The notes under the pieces: generated by a model
Seen by the model: the letters and a program-made list of their open reading frames with translations, nothing else
The model's database searches: none
Told to the model about the DNA's origin: nothing
IMG/VR virus record: IMGVR_UViG_3300031772_000015
Origin: an uncultured virus (IMG/VR IMGVR_UViG_3300031772_000015)
Lineage: Duplodnaviria > Heunggongvirae > Uroviricota > Caudoviricetes
Direction: 5' to 3' (one strand)
Length of the DNA stretch: 64,000 nucleotides
Made by a program: the position numbers and the translations under genes
Shown here: in pieces, positions 14,992 through 25,321 of the stretch
Position numbering within the stretch: position 1 is the stretch's first letter
Layout of the letters: each line of letters begins with the position of its first letter

Positions 14992-17611
14992 AGCTCTTCG
15001 CAGCTTCCTACAAGCCCGAAAGACGCCTCAGAACACTGATCTAGTGGACCGTTGGGGAACCCACCTGGAAACACAGGTGAACGTTGCCGCCGGGAATGGA
15101 GAGCCGGTCGCTGGTAAACGGACAACCTGGTCGGACGGTGTAAACGAGTGGTTCAATATCCGCATCCCCAAAAACGCGGCAACCGATCCCACCTGGAATG
15201 ACTACACCCTTCCTTTCCCCTTGGACCTCCATGCGGAGGGGATTGGTTGCACCGGTTGGGACTGGGGAGAACTCTGTTCCCGTTGGGTGGGGTACGACTT
15301 TGACGCCCTCACCAGTCACGCCAAGGGCGTCGGCATTGCTGACGCTGAATTGGCGCGTGTCAAGACAGCCGCCGAAGCCCTACCCTACGTCGAAGTCCGC
15401 AAGAGCACTGGCGGCGGCGGCATCCATCTCTACGTCTATCTTGACCGAATCCCCACTGCCAACCACACCGAGCACGCCGCTCTGGCCCGTTGTATCCTGG
15501 GAATGATGTCGAACGATACGGGATTCGACTTCGCCAACCAAATCGACTGTTGCGGTGGCATCATGTGGATTTGGCACCGGAAAATGAACCTGGGCAACCT
15601 GGGACTTCAAGTAACCAAACCGGCCACCAAGATTCTTGGCGTCACTGATCTTCCGGCCAACTGGCGTGACCATATCGAAGTTGTCACACGTCGCCGAACC
15701 AAAGTTCGCATCAATGAAGTCGCCGAAGACGACCTGGACCCCTTCGAGGCGTTGGCATCCAGTCGAAAGATGATTCCTCTGGATGACAGTCACAAAGCAC
15801 AGATTGAAGCCCTCATGCGGTCAGGTTACACGTCATTGTGGATCACGGACCACCACCTGCTACAGACACATACCTGCGCGCTGCAAGGTCTCATGGAGCC
15901 AGCATCAAAGAAGGAACTGGGACTGACTGGTCTCTTCAAGACAAACTCTGAGGGACGCGATCCCGGCTCACCAAATTGCTTCTTGTTTCCCTTGCCGAAA
16001 GGCGGCTGGCGAGTCTATCGCTTTTCGCCAGGTGTAGCCGAAGCCGAGAGTTGGACACAAGATGGTGAAGGTTGGACCACCTGCCTCTTCAACAAGGCAC
16101 CCGATCTTCCATCGTTGTGCAAAGCCCTGGGCGGTATCGAAGACCCGGATCAGAATGGTTACGTGTTTAAGAGCGTCTTGCAGGTTCGGGAAGTTGCCAA
16201 GATTCTCGGTCAAGAAATCAAATTGGACGAACAGTTTGATGGACGTGAAATCCTACTCAAAGCACACAAAGATGGCCGGTTGATCGTTCAAATCAAACGC
16301 GAGAAGGGCGACGTTCCACTTGACGACTGGCTTGAGAAGAAGAACAAATGGGTTCGCATCTTCGATGTCAAGACGGCACCCGAAGAGGAACTTGACCAAT
16401 CTGTCTATGACAACTTGATCCGTGCGCTCAAGACACCCGCCAAAGAAGGTGCCGGATTTGTTCTGCATGAAGGCGGCGAATGGGTCCGGCAAACCGACAG
16501 CCGCATTAAACTAACCCTCCAAGGCATGGGCAACGACAAGACAGCGTGCGAAGAGACGATGGGCGTTGCCATCGCCAAGACGTGGAAACTGGTCAACCTT
16601 CCCTTCCAACCGGAGTATCCAGGCGGGCGACAATGGAACCTAGACGCCCCGCAGTTTCGTTTCAAGCCTGCCGAGTTGGGGGACGAAGTGCCAATTCATC
16701 CGCATTGGGATATGATCTTCGAGCATGTCGGCGCTGACTTGACACCCGCCATCCGTGAATCAACAATCGCTGCTATGTGCAACATCAAGACAGGTGCCGA
16801 TTACTTGCGCGCCTGGGTTGCCTGTGCGTTCCGTGACCCCTTCGAGCCATTGCCCTACCTGTTTCTCTTTGGCCCCGAGAATAGTGGTAAGAGCATCTTC
16901 CACGAATCCCTGGCGGCCCTGGTCACAAAGGGCGTCGTATCAGCCGACCGGGCACTCTCCAACAACAGTGACTTCAATGGTGAGTTGGCGGGAGCCGTTG
17001 TCTGTTACGTTGAAGAGAAAGATTTGTCGCAATCGAAACACGCCAACGCTCGAATGAAAGAGTGGGTGACGGCCCGCATGTTGTCGATCCGCAAAATGCG
17101 GACGGATGCCTACTCGCAACCGAATACGACGCATTGGGTTCAGTGCGCCAACAAACAACACAACTGTCCTGTGTTCCCCGGTGACACTCGTATCACCGTC
17201 ATCTACGTTGATGACCTGTTGCCGGACCAGGAAATCCCGAAGAAAGAAATGATGGTGCATCTGGAAAACGAAGCACCGCATTTCATGCACACGTTATTGA
17301 CGATGCAAATGCCACCAGTAAAAGGACGTTTGCGGCTACCTGTGATTACCACAGCCAACAAGATTCATTCGGAAGAAATATCCAAAGATGATCTTGAACG
17401 GTTCATCGACGAGTTTTGTATCCGAGAGATTGGAGCCAAGTTGCCATTCAAGGATTTCTACGAGCGGTTCTTTGCCTGGGTGCCTGCCGAAGAGAAACAC
17501 CAATGGCCCCGCAGTATGATCCAACGGCGTCTTCCAATGGGACATCTTCTCGTCACCGGTCACGCCGGATTACGGTACGTATCAAATCTCGTATTCAAGG
17601 ACAAAGCATGA
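14975..17611 (+). CDS. Primase-polymerase / SF3 (D5-like) helicase fusion
   Basis: N-terminal YDFD and STGGGGIHLY prim-pol motifs; C-terminal GPENSGKS Walker A, FNGEL and DTR. Confidence 0.85.
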   Translation: MIKVSEALRSFLQARKTPQNTDLVDRWGTHLETQVNVAAGNGEPVAGKRTTWSDGVNEWFNIRIPKNAATDPTWNDYTLPFPLDLHAEGIGCTGWDWGELCSRWVGYDFDALTSHAKGVGIADAELARVKTAAEALPYVEVRKSTGGGGIHLYVYLDRIPTANHTEHAALARCILGMMSNDTGFDFANQIDCCGGIMWIWHRKMNLGNLGLQVTKPATKILGVTDLPANWRDHIEVVTRRRTKVRINEVAEDDLDPFEALASSRKMIPLDDSHKAQIEALMRSGYTSLWITDHHLLQTHTCALQGLMEPASKKELGLTGLFKTNSEGRDPGSPNCFLFPLPKGGWRVYRFSPGVAEAESWTQDGEGWTTCLFNKAPDLPSLCKALGGIEDPDQNGYVFKSVLQVREVAKILGQEIKLDEQFDGREILLKAHKDGRLIVQIKREKGDVPLDDWLEKKNKWVRIFDVKTAPEEELDQSVYDNLIRALKTPAKEGAGFVLHEGGEWVRQTDSRIKLTLQGMGNDKTACEETMGVAIAKTWKLVNLPFQPEYPGGRQWNLDAPQFRFKPAELGDEVPIHPHWDMIFEHVGADLTPAIRESTIAAMCNIKTGADYLRAWVACAFRDPFEPLPYLFLFGPENSGKSIFHESLAALVTKGVVSADRALSNNSDFNGELAGAVVCYVEEKDLSQSKHANARMKEWVTARMLSIRKMRTDAYSQPNTTHWVQCANKQHNCPVFPGDTRITVIYVDDLLPDQEIPKKEMMVHLENEAPHFMHTLLTMQMPPVKGRLRLPVITTANKIHSEEISKDDLERFIDEFCIREIGAKLPFKDFYERFFAWVPAEEKHQWPRSMIQRRLPMGHLLVTGHAGLRYVSNLVFKDKA

Positions 17612-18069
17612 AGATCAAAGATTCCGGGAAGCGAACCAACTTCAAGACAGGTGCAGTCCGCGATGGGCAAGAAGGCAAAGGACGTATGGACCTGTTGCCG
17701 GTTTCGGCCCTAATCGAAGTCGCCAAAATCTTCGAGGCGGGAGCCATCAAGTATGCGGCGCGTAATTGGGAAAAGGGCATCCCCCTCAGCCGTTTCATGG
17801 ATAGCGGCCTACGCCACGCCATGAAACATCTGCGTGGCGACCGAGATGAACCGCACCTGGCAATGGCCGCTTGGAACTTCCTTTGCCTCCTGGACACCCA
17901 GGAACGCATCGCAAACGGTTTGTTGCCAACAGGATTGAATGATCTGCCCCGCAATCCAATCAAGCTGACCGCCGAGGGCGAAGCCGCCCTTGCAGCCATG
18001 AAGAAAGAGGCGCGCCGCCTTCGGCGTGCAAAGACGATCACGAGTCGAAAGACACGAGAACGTAAGTGA
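17608..18069 (+). CDS. dATP/dGTP diphosphohydrolase-like protein (DUF5664)
   Basis: DSGKR..F.TGAVRD...GKGRMDLLP, GAIKYAARNWEKG and EPHLAMAAWN. True start at 17608 overlaps the primase stop. Confidence 0.85.
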   Translation: MKIKDSGKRTNFKTGAVRDGQEGKGRMDLLPVSALIEVAKIFEAGAIKYAARNWEKGIPLSRFMDSGLRHAMKHLRGDRDEPHLAMAAWNFLCLLDTQERIANGLLPTGLNDLPRNPIKLTAEGEAALAAMKKEARRLRRAKTITSRKTRERK

Positions 18070-18557
18070 AAGAAATCCCCTTGACTCAAGGCAAGGTCGC
18101 CTACGTAGACGATAAATTCTATGTAGCATTGCAGCGTCGTGGCGCGTGGCACGCTGAACGACAACATCAAATTTGGTACGCATCCCGAACAGAAGTTGAT
18201 TCAACAAACAAGAAACACACTATCTACATGCACAGTCTTGTATGGAAACTTGCTAATCGTAAACCCACGCGGGAACTTGACCATCAAAATCACAATGGTT
18301 GTGACAATCAACTAAGTAATCTACGTTCAGCCACCCGTTCGCAACAACTCCAAAATTGTCGTAAACGACAACACACTACAAGTCGTTTTAAGGGAGTAAG
18401 TTGGTCACAAAAGACAGAAAAGTGGCAAGTATTTATCAGAAGGCGTTATCTTGGTTTGCGAATTGATGAAAAAGTCGCTGCGCAACTTTACGACGACGCA
18501 GCAAAGAAACTCTACGGCGCATTTGCTTGCCTCAACTTCCCGGAGTCCACCGAATGA
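18066..18557 (+). CDS. HNH-AP2 homing endonuclease
   Basis: IPLTQGKVAYVDD, DHQNHNGCDNQLSNLR, SRFKGVSW and YG.FACLNF. Confidence 0.9.
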   Translation: MKEIPLTQGKVAYVDDKFYVALQRRGAWHAERQHQIWYASRTEVDSTNKKHTIYMHSLVWKLANRKPTRELDHQNHNGCDNQLSNLRSATRSQQLQNCRKRQHTTSRFKGVSWSQKTEKWQVFIRRRYLGLRIDEKVAAQLYDDAAKKLYGAFACLNFPESTE

Positions 18558-19171
18558 CCACAATTCCCTTACCACCCTACTTGGATGGAAATCTCATGGC
18601 TGCCGTAGACCTGGAAACTACCGGTACACAACCAGGATTTCACGAAATTGTGCAAATCGCCGTCCTGCCGTTGGATTCCAACCTCCGGCCGCTGGATGGC
18701 GTGTTACCATTCTATACCCACATCCGGCCGCTTCATCCTGAACGAGAGACACCAGCCGCCACCGCCAAGCACAAGATTCCAATGGTAGAACTGATGCTTC
18801 ACGCCCCGGAACAAGATCGGGTGGCCGACTGGCTCGTGGAATGGTTTGAGAACCTAAAATTGCCTTTCAAGCGTTGTCTGATTCCTTTGGCCCACAACTG
18901 GGCCTTTGAGTCGTCATTCCTCAAGGCGTGGCTCGGTGTTCCAATGGTCGATCAAATGTTCCATTCGCACGCCCGCGACTCCATGTTGTATGCAGTCTCA
19001 CTCAATGATCGCGCAGTTTTCAGCGGACTCAAGAAGCCCTTTGCATACATGAATCTTGGCGCACTCTGCAACAAACTAGGCATTGTCAACACGAATCCTC
19101 ACGATGCCCTGTCAGATTGCATCGCGGAAGCTGAGGTTTACCGCGCACTCCTTACTCTGAATCTGGTATAG
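18554..19171 (+). CDS. DEDDh 3'-5' exonuclease (DnaQ-like)
   Basis: Motifs DLETTG, AHNWAFE and HDALSD. Confidence 0.88.
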   Translation: MTTIPLPPYLDGNLMAAVDLETTGTQPGFHEIVQIAVLPLDSNLRPLDGVLPFYTHIRPLHPERETPAATAKHKIPMVELMLHAPEQDRVADWLVEWFENLKLPFKRCLIPLAHNWAFESSFLKAWLGVPMVDQMFHSHARDSMLYAVSLNDRAVFSGLKKPFAYMNLGALCNKLGIVNTNPHDALSDCIAEAEVYRALLTLNLV

Positions 19172-19173
19172 TC

Positions 19174-20337
19174 ATGGGTGATGTCTACAAACGCACAGAT
19201 TGGAATAGTCTCATTGGAGACGTGAACGATGTATTACAGAATCCTCCCGAGGATACTGACTGCAATCCTATTGATTCAATCGACGAAGTTGATCCAGACC
19301 ACATCTGGACCAAGAGTGACGTGCAATCAATCCAAGACGCCCTCCAACAAACTTGCGACGGCATTACCTTCGACAACATCCCAGACCTATGGAAACAATC
19401 CATCATTGATGAAATCAATGCCGCAATAGTGCAAGCCTGGTGTGACTGTGAACCCACAGAAGAATGTCTGGAAGAGTGCTCAAATTGTGGCGATATGGAT
19501 ATACTTGAGTGGAATTTTACTACACACGGTTGTACAGAAGCAGCCACTCCTTGCACCGCACAAAATGATGCTGCTAATCTTGGCGACCAAGCCGATGCAG
19601 CCGCGTATACGTATAGTGTGAAGTGGGAACTCTACTGTACTGATCTGTGGCATATTGACTGTCTCAATAAAAAAATTGAGCACCTGACGCAACAATTAAC
19701 TGTGTTGGAAACCCATCGAGACCAGGCGTGTGCTGACGGTCCTCCGAGTGCTTGTGAGGCAGCGCAAGATGCTGTAGATGCGAAACAGAGTGAACTTGAT
19801 GCCGCCAATGAAGCACTAGATCAAGCAGAAGAAGACCGTGACCAACACGAAGAAGAAGCTACGGAACAACGAGACATCTGTAACGCAAAGGCCGCAGCTT
19901 GTTGGGCGATCATTCACAATCTGCCGGGCATCTCTCTGGTAAATAACATCGGTGCCCACCCTTGGGTTGATTTTGAGTGTGAACATTTCCCTTCATGGGC
20001 TATTGCCGATCCGCGTGAATGTCGTGACGGGTGGCTCGTGGCACAAATACGCCAAGTCACCCACTATCCCTGGGGTGACGTACAAGTATTAAACTACACC
20101 ACAGTTGGCGGCGGTGCATATAGTCCTGATGGAACACCGTATACACGCACGCGCCTTTATCATGGATACGAATGTTTAAGTCGCAGTCCGTATTCTTGCT
20201 TTGGCGGTTGCGAATGGGCCGACAGATGTGACACAGATCATCCCTATTGCTGTGATACAACCTACTACATGCGAACCTATCTCACCAAACCTGCCTGTGA
20301 CCGAGAGTGCAAAGATGCCGTACCGTGTCCGCCATAG
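19174..20337 (+). CDS. Acidic, Cys-rich coiled-coil protein of unknown function
   Basis: 387 aa ORF with many Cys and a central coiled coil. Confidence 0.7.
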   Translation: MGDVYKRTDWNSLIGDVNDVLQNPPEDTDCNPIDSIDEVDPDHIWTKSDVQSIQDALQQTCDGITFDNIPDLWKQSIIDEINAAIVQAWCDCEPTEECLEECSNCGDMDILEWNFTTHGCTEAATPCTAQNDAANLGDQADAAAYTYSVKWELYCTDLWHIDCLNKKIEHLTQQLTVLETHRDQACADGPPSACEAAQDAVDAKQSELDAANEALDQAEEDRDQHEEEATEQRDICNAKAAACWAIIHNLPGISLVNNIGAHPWVDFECEHFPSWAIADPRECRDGWLVAQIRQVTHYPWGDVQVLNYTTVGGGAYSPDGTPYTRTRLYHGYECLSRSPYSCFGGCEWADRCDTDHPYCCDTTYYMRTYLTKPACDRECKDAVPCPP

Positions 20338-20345
20338 GAGATGTC

Positions 20346-21056
20346 ATGTCGGTCAAATTTGAACCAGATGGAGCCTTTACAATCACACGAGGATCACCCA
20401 CGATTCCCGTGGGTTGGATACCCGACCCTAACACACCAGGACGGTACGTGCCGCCTTGGAAACCTTGTCGTTTTCGGATGGTGTCCAAACACACAAACCA
20501 CGTCGAAATCATAATCACACCCCATTGTGACCGCACACGCCAGAATACAACCGCTGATTGTTGCACATCTTGCCCGCACGCACAGAGTAGTGGAACAACA
20601 CAAACTCTACCCCTCGAAGATGAACACGGTAATTCACAGGGGACTCAAACTGTCACTGTATATCCAGTTAGCGACACACAAGTTGCAAGACATGGAGTAT
20701 GGCAACCGGAATCAATTAAACGGTCGCCGTTAGCCGACATCGAACACACGTTGCCAGTTTACGTTGAAAAACGTGACCGAAAAGTTCGCTTCGAGACAGA
20801 CGGTAGTATCACCTATGAACAAGAAGAAGGTTGGGAATCACCGCGCGACATCAACGGTTATGAACGCGACCCCAACAATCCGTGGCACTTTATTCCACTG
20901 TGGCCTGAGTGCAGTTTACGGCATGGTGTTGGCGTGCGGTATGCAAACTGTGGGTGCATCGGCATCATCATGCGTTGCAACAACCCTGATGCCATCCAAT
21001 TCGGAGACCGCATCGGCCACGAGCAATGTCGTGCTTGTCAACGGAGAAAAATATGA
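20346..21056 (+). CDS. Hypothetical protein with two copies of a 4-Cys domain
   Basis: AGGAG RBS; repeated DG...G[WY]..DPN.P....P.W..C..R...C...CxxC. Confidence 0.7.
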   Translation: MSVKFEPDGAFTITRGSPTIPVGWIPDPNTPGRYVPPWKPCRFRMVSKHTNHVEIIITPHCDRTRQNTTADCCTSCPHAQSSGTTQTLPLEDEHGNSQGTQTVTVYPVSDTQVARHGVWQPESIKRSPLADIEHTLPVYVEKRDRKVRFETDGSITYEQEEGWESPRDINGYERDPNNPWHFIPLWPECSLRHGVGVRYANCGCIGIIMRCNNPDAIQFGDRIGHEQCRACQRRKI

Positions 21057-21451
21057 GTTGCGAAGGTTGCCCTGAATTACACAGTGACGGTATACATTAC
21101 ATCGTCTATACTGGCGGCCCAGCACATGCACCCTTTGCCGCAATGCGAGCACTTCCGAAGCCAGACAAAGATGTCATCCGCCGCTTTACCTACCCGACGA
21201 TTCATGCAGATGGTCGCATTGAATACCCCGAGGGGCCAGTTCCCCCAGTTCCCGAAGGCTACCAAGCCTTGACTCAATGGGTCTTAAAACCTACTTGGGT
21301 CTTTTGTTCCTTCCGCCTCTACTGTGTTCGACTCCATGAGGAAGGCTACCTCGAAATCACGGGTAAGTGTGCCAATTCCGCCTCGGGCGTGCGTAGCGAT
21401 ATATGTGTGACTAACACTTTCTGCCAAACCTGCTCCAAACGCACTGATTAG
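21053..21451 (+). CDS. Hypothetical protein with a third copy of the 4-Cys domain
   Basis: ADGRIEY...PEGY...PTWVFCSFR...C...CQTC; ATGA overlap with the previous gene. Confidence 0.7.
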   Translation: MSCEGCPELHSDGIHYIVYTGGPAHAPFAAMRALPKPDKDVIRRFTYPTIHADGRIEYPEGPVPPVPEGYQALTQWVLKPTWVFCSFRLYCVRLHEEGYLEITGKCANSASGVRSDICVTNTFCQTCSKRTD

Positions 21452-21515
21452 CACACTGCGCATGAAAGCGGGCACCCAGATCGGGTGCCCGCCGCAGCAT
21501 CGCCGCCGCCAATTT

Positions 21516-21701
21516 CTACTTGCTACGTCCCTTGTGGAAGGAAGCAAGTGTCTTTGCCAGATTGATCTGGCGTGTCGTCTGCGTTGTAACGTTCTTTGGC
21601 GGATGGGCCATGAAGGAACTCACCGACATGCCCGCTGCCTTTGCTTTTCGCGTCAACGCGCCGGGGTGTTTAATCGCCCCGGCAATCCACTTCTTTGCCA
21701 T
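21516..21701 (-). CDS. Small basic phage protein
   Basis: MAKKWIAGAIKHPGAL...; strong GGAGG RBS; last gene of the late block. Confidence 0.7.
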   Translation of the reverse strand: MAKKWIAGAIKHPGALTRKAKAAGMSVSSFMAHPPKNVTTQTTRQINLAKTLASFHKGRSK

Positions 21702-21721
21702 TGGAACACTCCTCTCAAAAG

Positions 21722-24628
21722 TTAGTCTTGCAAGAAAGCCGTCCCTGCACCATAAACTTCGCCGTCAGAATCATACTTGAAGTCGAAGTTAGTTTCCTCC
21801 CCGTCACCTTCTGTGATCCACACGTCAGCCATTAAACAAAGATACCCGCTCTCACCGATCTTCAACGCATCCGTCAGTGGCGTGCCATCCGGGTTATCGT
21901 CGTTGCCAATTAACATGCCTTCTTTCACGACAAGATCACCGTCTTCACTGATGCCATGAAGCAGTGTCGATAGATGTGAGTGTTTCGATGGATCATCCCC
22001 CTTGGAATCAAATACCTTCGTCTCACTAATGTCAATGCTGATCGCACCTTTGAGTTGTTTAAGTGGATCAAGTTGCAATAAGCGTCCCACGTACATCCGT
22101 AGATTCAAGTGTGGTCGGGGTGTCGTGTCCAACTCACCATAGACGCTCAAATTGATAATAGTCTGGGCTGTAAAACCAACATCCGTTGGATGCCGGTCTC
22201 CTCGGTCACTTTGTCCCCGGAAGACCACATTTGGCCCACCCACAAATACAGTATCCCCAGTTTCAATGCCGGTCGTGTCCCCAATTGGCAAATTTCCAGT
22301 CGCACCCGCGCCAAGTCCACCGCCTCCGGCATCACCACTGACAATATCCTCGGAAGGCGGCCATGTCCGCGATACAGGCAGGGCAGCAGGCCAGTAAAAG
22401 TCAAACGTTGTCATGGTCCCCGCTCGCACTGGCACTGTACACTCAAAGTCTACTGTGTTGTCAGTTGAATTGTATGATGCCTTATTTACAACCGCCTTAA
22501 CCGCCCCAGTTGCCACATAACCACCGGCAAAATCAAGGTTCACACAATCAAATGTCTCCAAGTTCAATTTGTTCAAGAACGTCTTGAACTTGAGTCGCTT
22601 CCAAGTGTGTGACTTACGAATCAACCAAAACGTCGCACACTTGAGCACGATGTCAGGTTGATTGTAGATGTAGAAGTCATACTCTTCTTCCTGTGTCCCG
22701 TACCGTTTGATATTGTGCCGAAGGATAATGGTCTTCTCAGACTTGTCCTTCTCACGGTCAGTCTGCCCAGGTGCCCAACTTACCCGCCACTTGACAATCA
22801 TTTTCGTCACAAGGTCTTCGGTCGGCGTTAAGTCTACTTCGACACCTTTCTCTGCGTCCACGTCACTCACACTGACGGTATCATTGATCGTTGGAACTTC
22901 CGGCAGATACTTGATGTAAAACTTACCGTTGCTGATCCACAAGGCGCACCGCGCTTGGAAGGCGATCTCTTGTAACACAGTGAGTGTATTCTTGCGATCC
23001 AAAATCGGAAAGTTAGCCGGGAACTTAACCAACTTCGTCCGTGTAGCATTAAACGTTGTTGCATCCCAATCCAAATCCGTGTACGTGTCAACCAAATGCT
23101 TGAGGATGTCCACAATGTTTGGACCAATCGTAGAATGAAATGTGACATAGATGTCATCACTCCATCCTTGGTCAGCGATTGTACTCAATGGTTTATTGAA
23201 TACAATTTGCACTGCCGTCACTGTACCATACACCACTGATCTCACCGTGTAAAGACTCGTTGGCACATCAACCAGACGCCGCTCGCCCGTAAACTGCTTG
23301 TACGCCTTCACAGCCAAGACCGTGCCAGGAATAATCGACACAATGTATGTCACAGGTTCGGCACTATTCAATTTGACAGTCGCCCCAGCTTCGGCCCAAA
23401 ACTGCTGTAGGATAGGGTCGGTTGTTTGTTGATTATGCTTATTGCTGGCCGTTGTTATGATGAATCCATACCGACGACACTCACACGTTCCAAAATTGGC
23501 CCATATACAACTGCACGGAACTTCAACTCGATAGTCGTATTCTGTTGCTTCCGCAGACGACGGTTCCTCATACGGACACGCATCATTCCGGTCGGCTGCC
23601 TCATTCGCAGCCGTCTGTTCAAGATCAGGATTGGTGCGGGATTCAATGTAGAAATACGCCCCCATAAAATGTCCAGTAAACAAACCACCATTGATGTCAA
23701 GAACAACAGTTTGATTCTGAGGGAAGTCTTCACCCCCTAAGATGTTAATTGGATTTGTACCGAGACCATGCGCACTCGCAGTTGCCAGTTGTTGACCACG
23801 ACTCCACTGCGCACAAGCAGCTTGTCTTGCCATTTGCTCGCTTGTCTTGAAACGTTGTTCTTCCAACTTATTGATCTGGTCAAGATAGTCCGCAGCCTTA
23901 ACACCATCTCCCGCTGCATCCCAGCAAGCCTTAGCACACCAAAGAACGTTAGACTGGGCCGCAATCTGCGCCAATTGCTTATAGGCACCCGAATCGGAAT
24001 TGCCACCGTTCCCCAATAACGGTTGTGAATTGTAGTGAGACTGTCCTGCAACGATCCCTACGGGCGTCAAAGTAGTTCCTGTTACCGCGTGGTTCACTTG
24101 CAAAGCTGGACTATCTTGCACGGTCCCAAAGATCATCGGCCACGCCTTGCCAACCATCTCAGCAGGCAAATACGGAAACTGACCTTCCTCAGCCGAGAAA
24201 CCAATCTCCTTATCCTCAAGTTGCGAGATGATCGTGAACTTCACTGTACGGTCGCGTTCATTCCAAGTAATTGGAGAACTAACCTTACCCGAGAAAAGCA
24301 GAAACTTATCCGTGAGGGCAAGACCCTCGAACCATTGGTAAACACGAACATCGCGCTTATGTACGTCGTGTCCATCAAAGATGGTTTTAATGGTGCCATC
24401 CGTATCGTCTAGGGTTACGTCAAGGGACTGGGAAGAACTGTTGTTGGACACTCCAACAACATTGTCAAGGTCGCCAAGATCAACGATCCTCCCAGGGATT
24501 CCGCTCACATCGCGGTCAGCATACGAACGCGCACGCCCCGTCACCCAATCGACTTCGATGATGGTAATGGGTTCATTGCCGTACCGAGTCGCCAATTTTG
24601 CCAGCCCGGCTACTGATATGCTACGCAT
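21722..24628 (-). CDS. Tail tip / central hub protein
   Basis: About 970 aa, downstream of the tape measure and Dit-like genes. Assignment by position and architecture. Confidence 0.65.
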   Translation of the reverse strand: MRSISVAGLAKLATRYGNEPITIIEVDWVTGRARSYADRDVSGIPGRIVDLGDLDNVVGVSNNSSSQSLDVTLDDTDGTIKTIFDGHDVHKRDVRVYQWFEGLALTDKFLLFSGKVSSPITWNERDRTVKFTIISQLEDKEIGFSAEEGQFPYLPAEMVGKAWPMIFGTVQDSPALQVNHAVTGTTLTPVGIVAGQSHYNSQPLLGNGGNSDSGAYKQLAQIAAQSNVLWCAKACWDAAGDGVKAADYLDQINKLEEQRFKTSEQMARQAACAQWSRGQQLATASAHGLGTNPINILGGEDFPQNQTVVLDINGGLFTGHFMGAYFYIESRTNPDLEQTAANEAADRNDACPYEEPSSAEATEYDYRVEVPCSCIWANFGTCECRRYGFIITTASNKHNQQTTDPILQQFWAEAGATVKLNSAEPVTYIVSIIPGTVLAVKAYKQFTGERRLVDVPTSLYTVRSVVYGTVTAVQIVFNKPLSTIADQGWSDDIYVTFHSTIGPNIVDILKHLVDTYTDLDWDATTFNATRTKLVKFPANFPILDRKNTLTVLQEIAFQARCALWISNGKFYIKYLPEVPTINDTVSVSDVDAEKGVEVDLTPTEDLVTKMIVKWRVSWAPGQTDREKDKSEKTIILRHNIKRYGTQEEEYDFYIYNQPDIVLKCATFWLIRKSHTWKRLKFKTFLNKLNLETFDCVNLDFAGGYVATGAVKAVVNKASYNSTDNTVDFECTVPVRAGTMTTFDFYWPAALPVSRTWPPSEDIVSGDAGGGGLGAGATGNLPIGDTTGIETGDTVFVGGPNVVFRGQSDRGDRHPTDVGFTAQTIINLSVYGELDTTPRPHLNLRMYVGRLLQLDPLKQLKGAISIDISETKVFDSKGDDPSKHSHLSTLLHGISEDGDLVVKEGMLIGNDDNPDGTPLTDALKIGESGYLCLMADVWITEGDGEETNFDFKYDSDGEVYGAGTAFLQD

Positions 24629-25019
24629 TTTCAACTCCCTCAAATTCCAGTTCAATCATCTGCGTTTCACCACGAGGCATCGGAGAAATTGCCGGTCCCG
24701 CCCGAGTCGTGGTATCAAACTCGAATGGATTGTTGACAAGGTTGCCAATCCAGACCCGATCAAGATGATCGGTAATCACAATCTTGGACGCAAAGTAAGC
24801 GTAGACAAATGCCCGCAACTCCAACCCCTTGTTGCGTGAGAGGCGAAAGGACCACTTCAATTTACGCCGTTCCTTACGTTTGACATAAGTATAGCGTGTC
24901 CCATCCATCGCCGTCTTGCGCATCACCGCCACTTGCAAATTCTCACCGTCACTAAACTGCGGATTAGGCAGTAGTGTTGTCGTTTGCAGTCGAGGGTATG
25001 GTGCTTGGAGTGTGAACAC
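24621..25019 (-). CDS. Distal-tail (Dit-like) protein
   Basis: MDGTRYTY...LKWSF...DHLDRVWIG...ELEFEG; similar to an internal domain of the 31977-34595 protein. Confidence 0.55.
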   Translation of the reverse strand: MFTLQAPYPRLQTTTLLPNPQFSDGENLQVAVMRKTAMDGTRYTYVKRKERRKLKWSFRLSRNKGLELRAFVYAYFASKIVITDHLDRVWIGNLVNNPFEFDTTTRAGPAISPMPRGETQMIELEFEGVENA

Positions 25020-25020
25020 A

Positions 25021-25311
25021 TTACACCTTCGGATACTGTGCCTTGATTGCAGCAACGGCATCACGCCAAGTGGTAGTACCGTTGACCTGATCCCAGTAGA
25101 TCATGTCGAGTTGATCGGTCAAAGACGGATACGTGACTTGCCTTTGGTCCCGATACTCGCTATTCTTTTCGGCATCCGTGCGTGGGTCTGGGTCGCCTGG
25201 CTGACAACGTATTGCTGTAAACCGAATCTCGCAACCAGAATACAAGTTGGCAACATTCTGATGATCTTCATGTGTCGCCAGTACGGTGCCATTTTTCAGT
25301 ACAATTTGCAT
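25021..25311 (-). CDS. Small tail-fibre-associated protein
   Basis: YRDQR..TYPSL.DQLDMIY...W...V.AIKA.YPK motif, typical of small proteins next to phage fibre genes. Confidence 0.7.
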   Translation of the reverse strand: MQIVLKNGTVLATHEDHQNVANLYSGCEIRFTAIRCQPGDPDPRTDAEKNSEYRDQRQVTYPSLTDQLDMIYWDQVNGTTTWRDAVAAIKAQYPKV

Positions 25312-25321
25312 GTTAGACTCC

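Noticed and set aside
17608..18069. Z-base (2-aminoadenine) genome pathway
   Set aside because: DUF5664-like hydrolases are widespread, and no PurZ or DatZ was recognised in the window.
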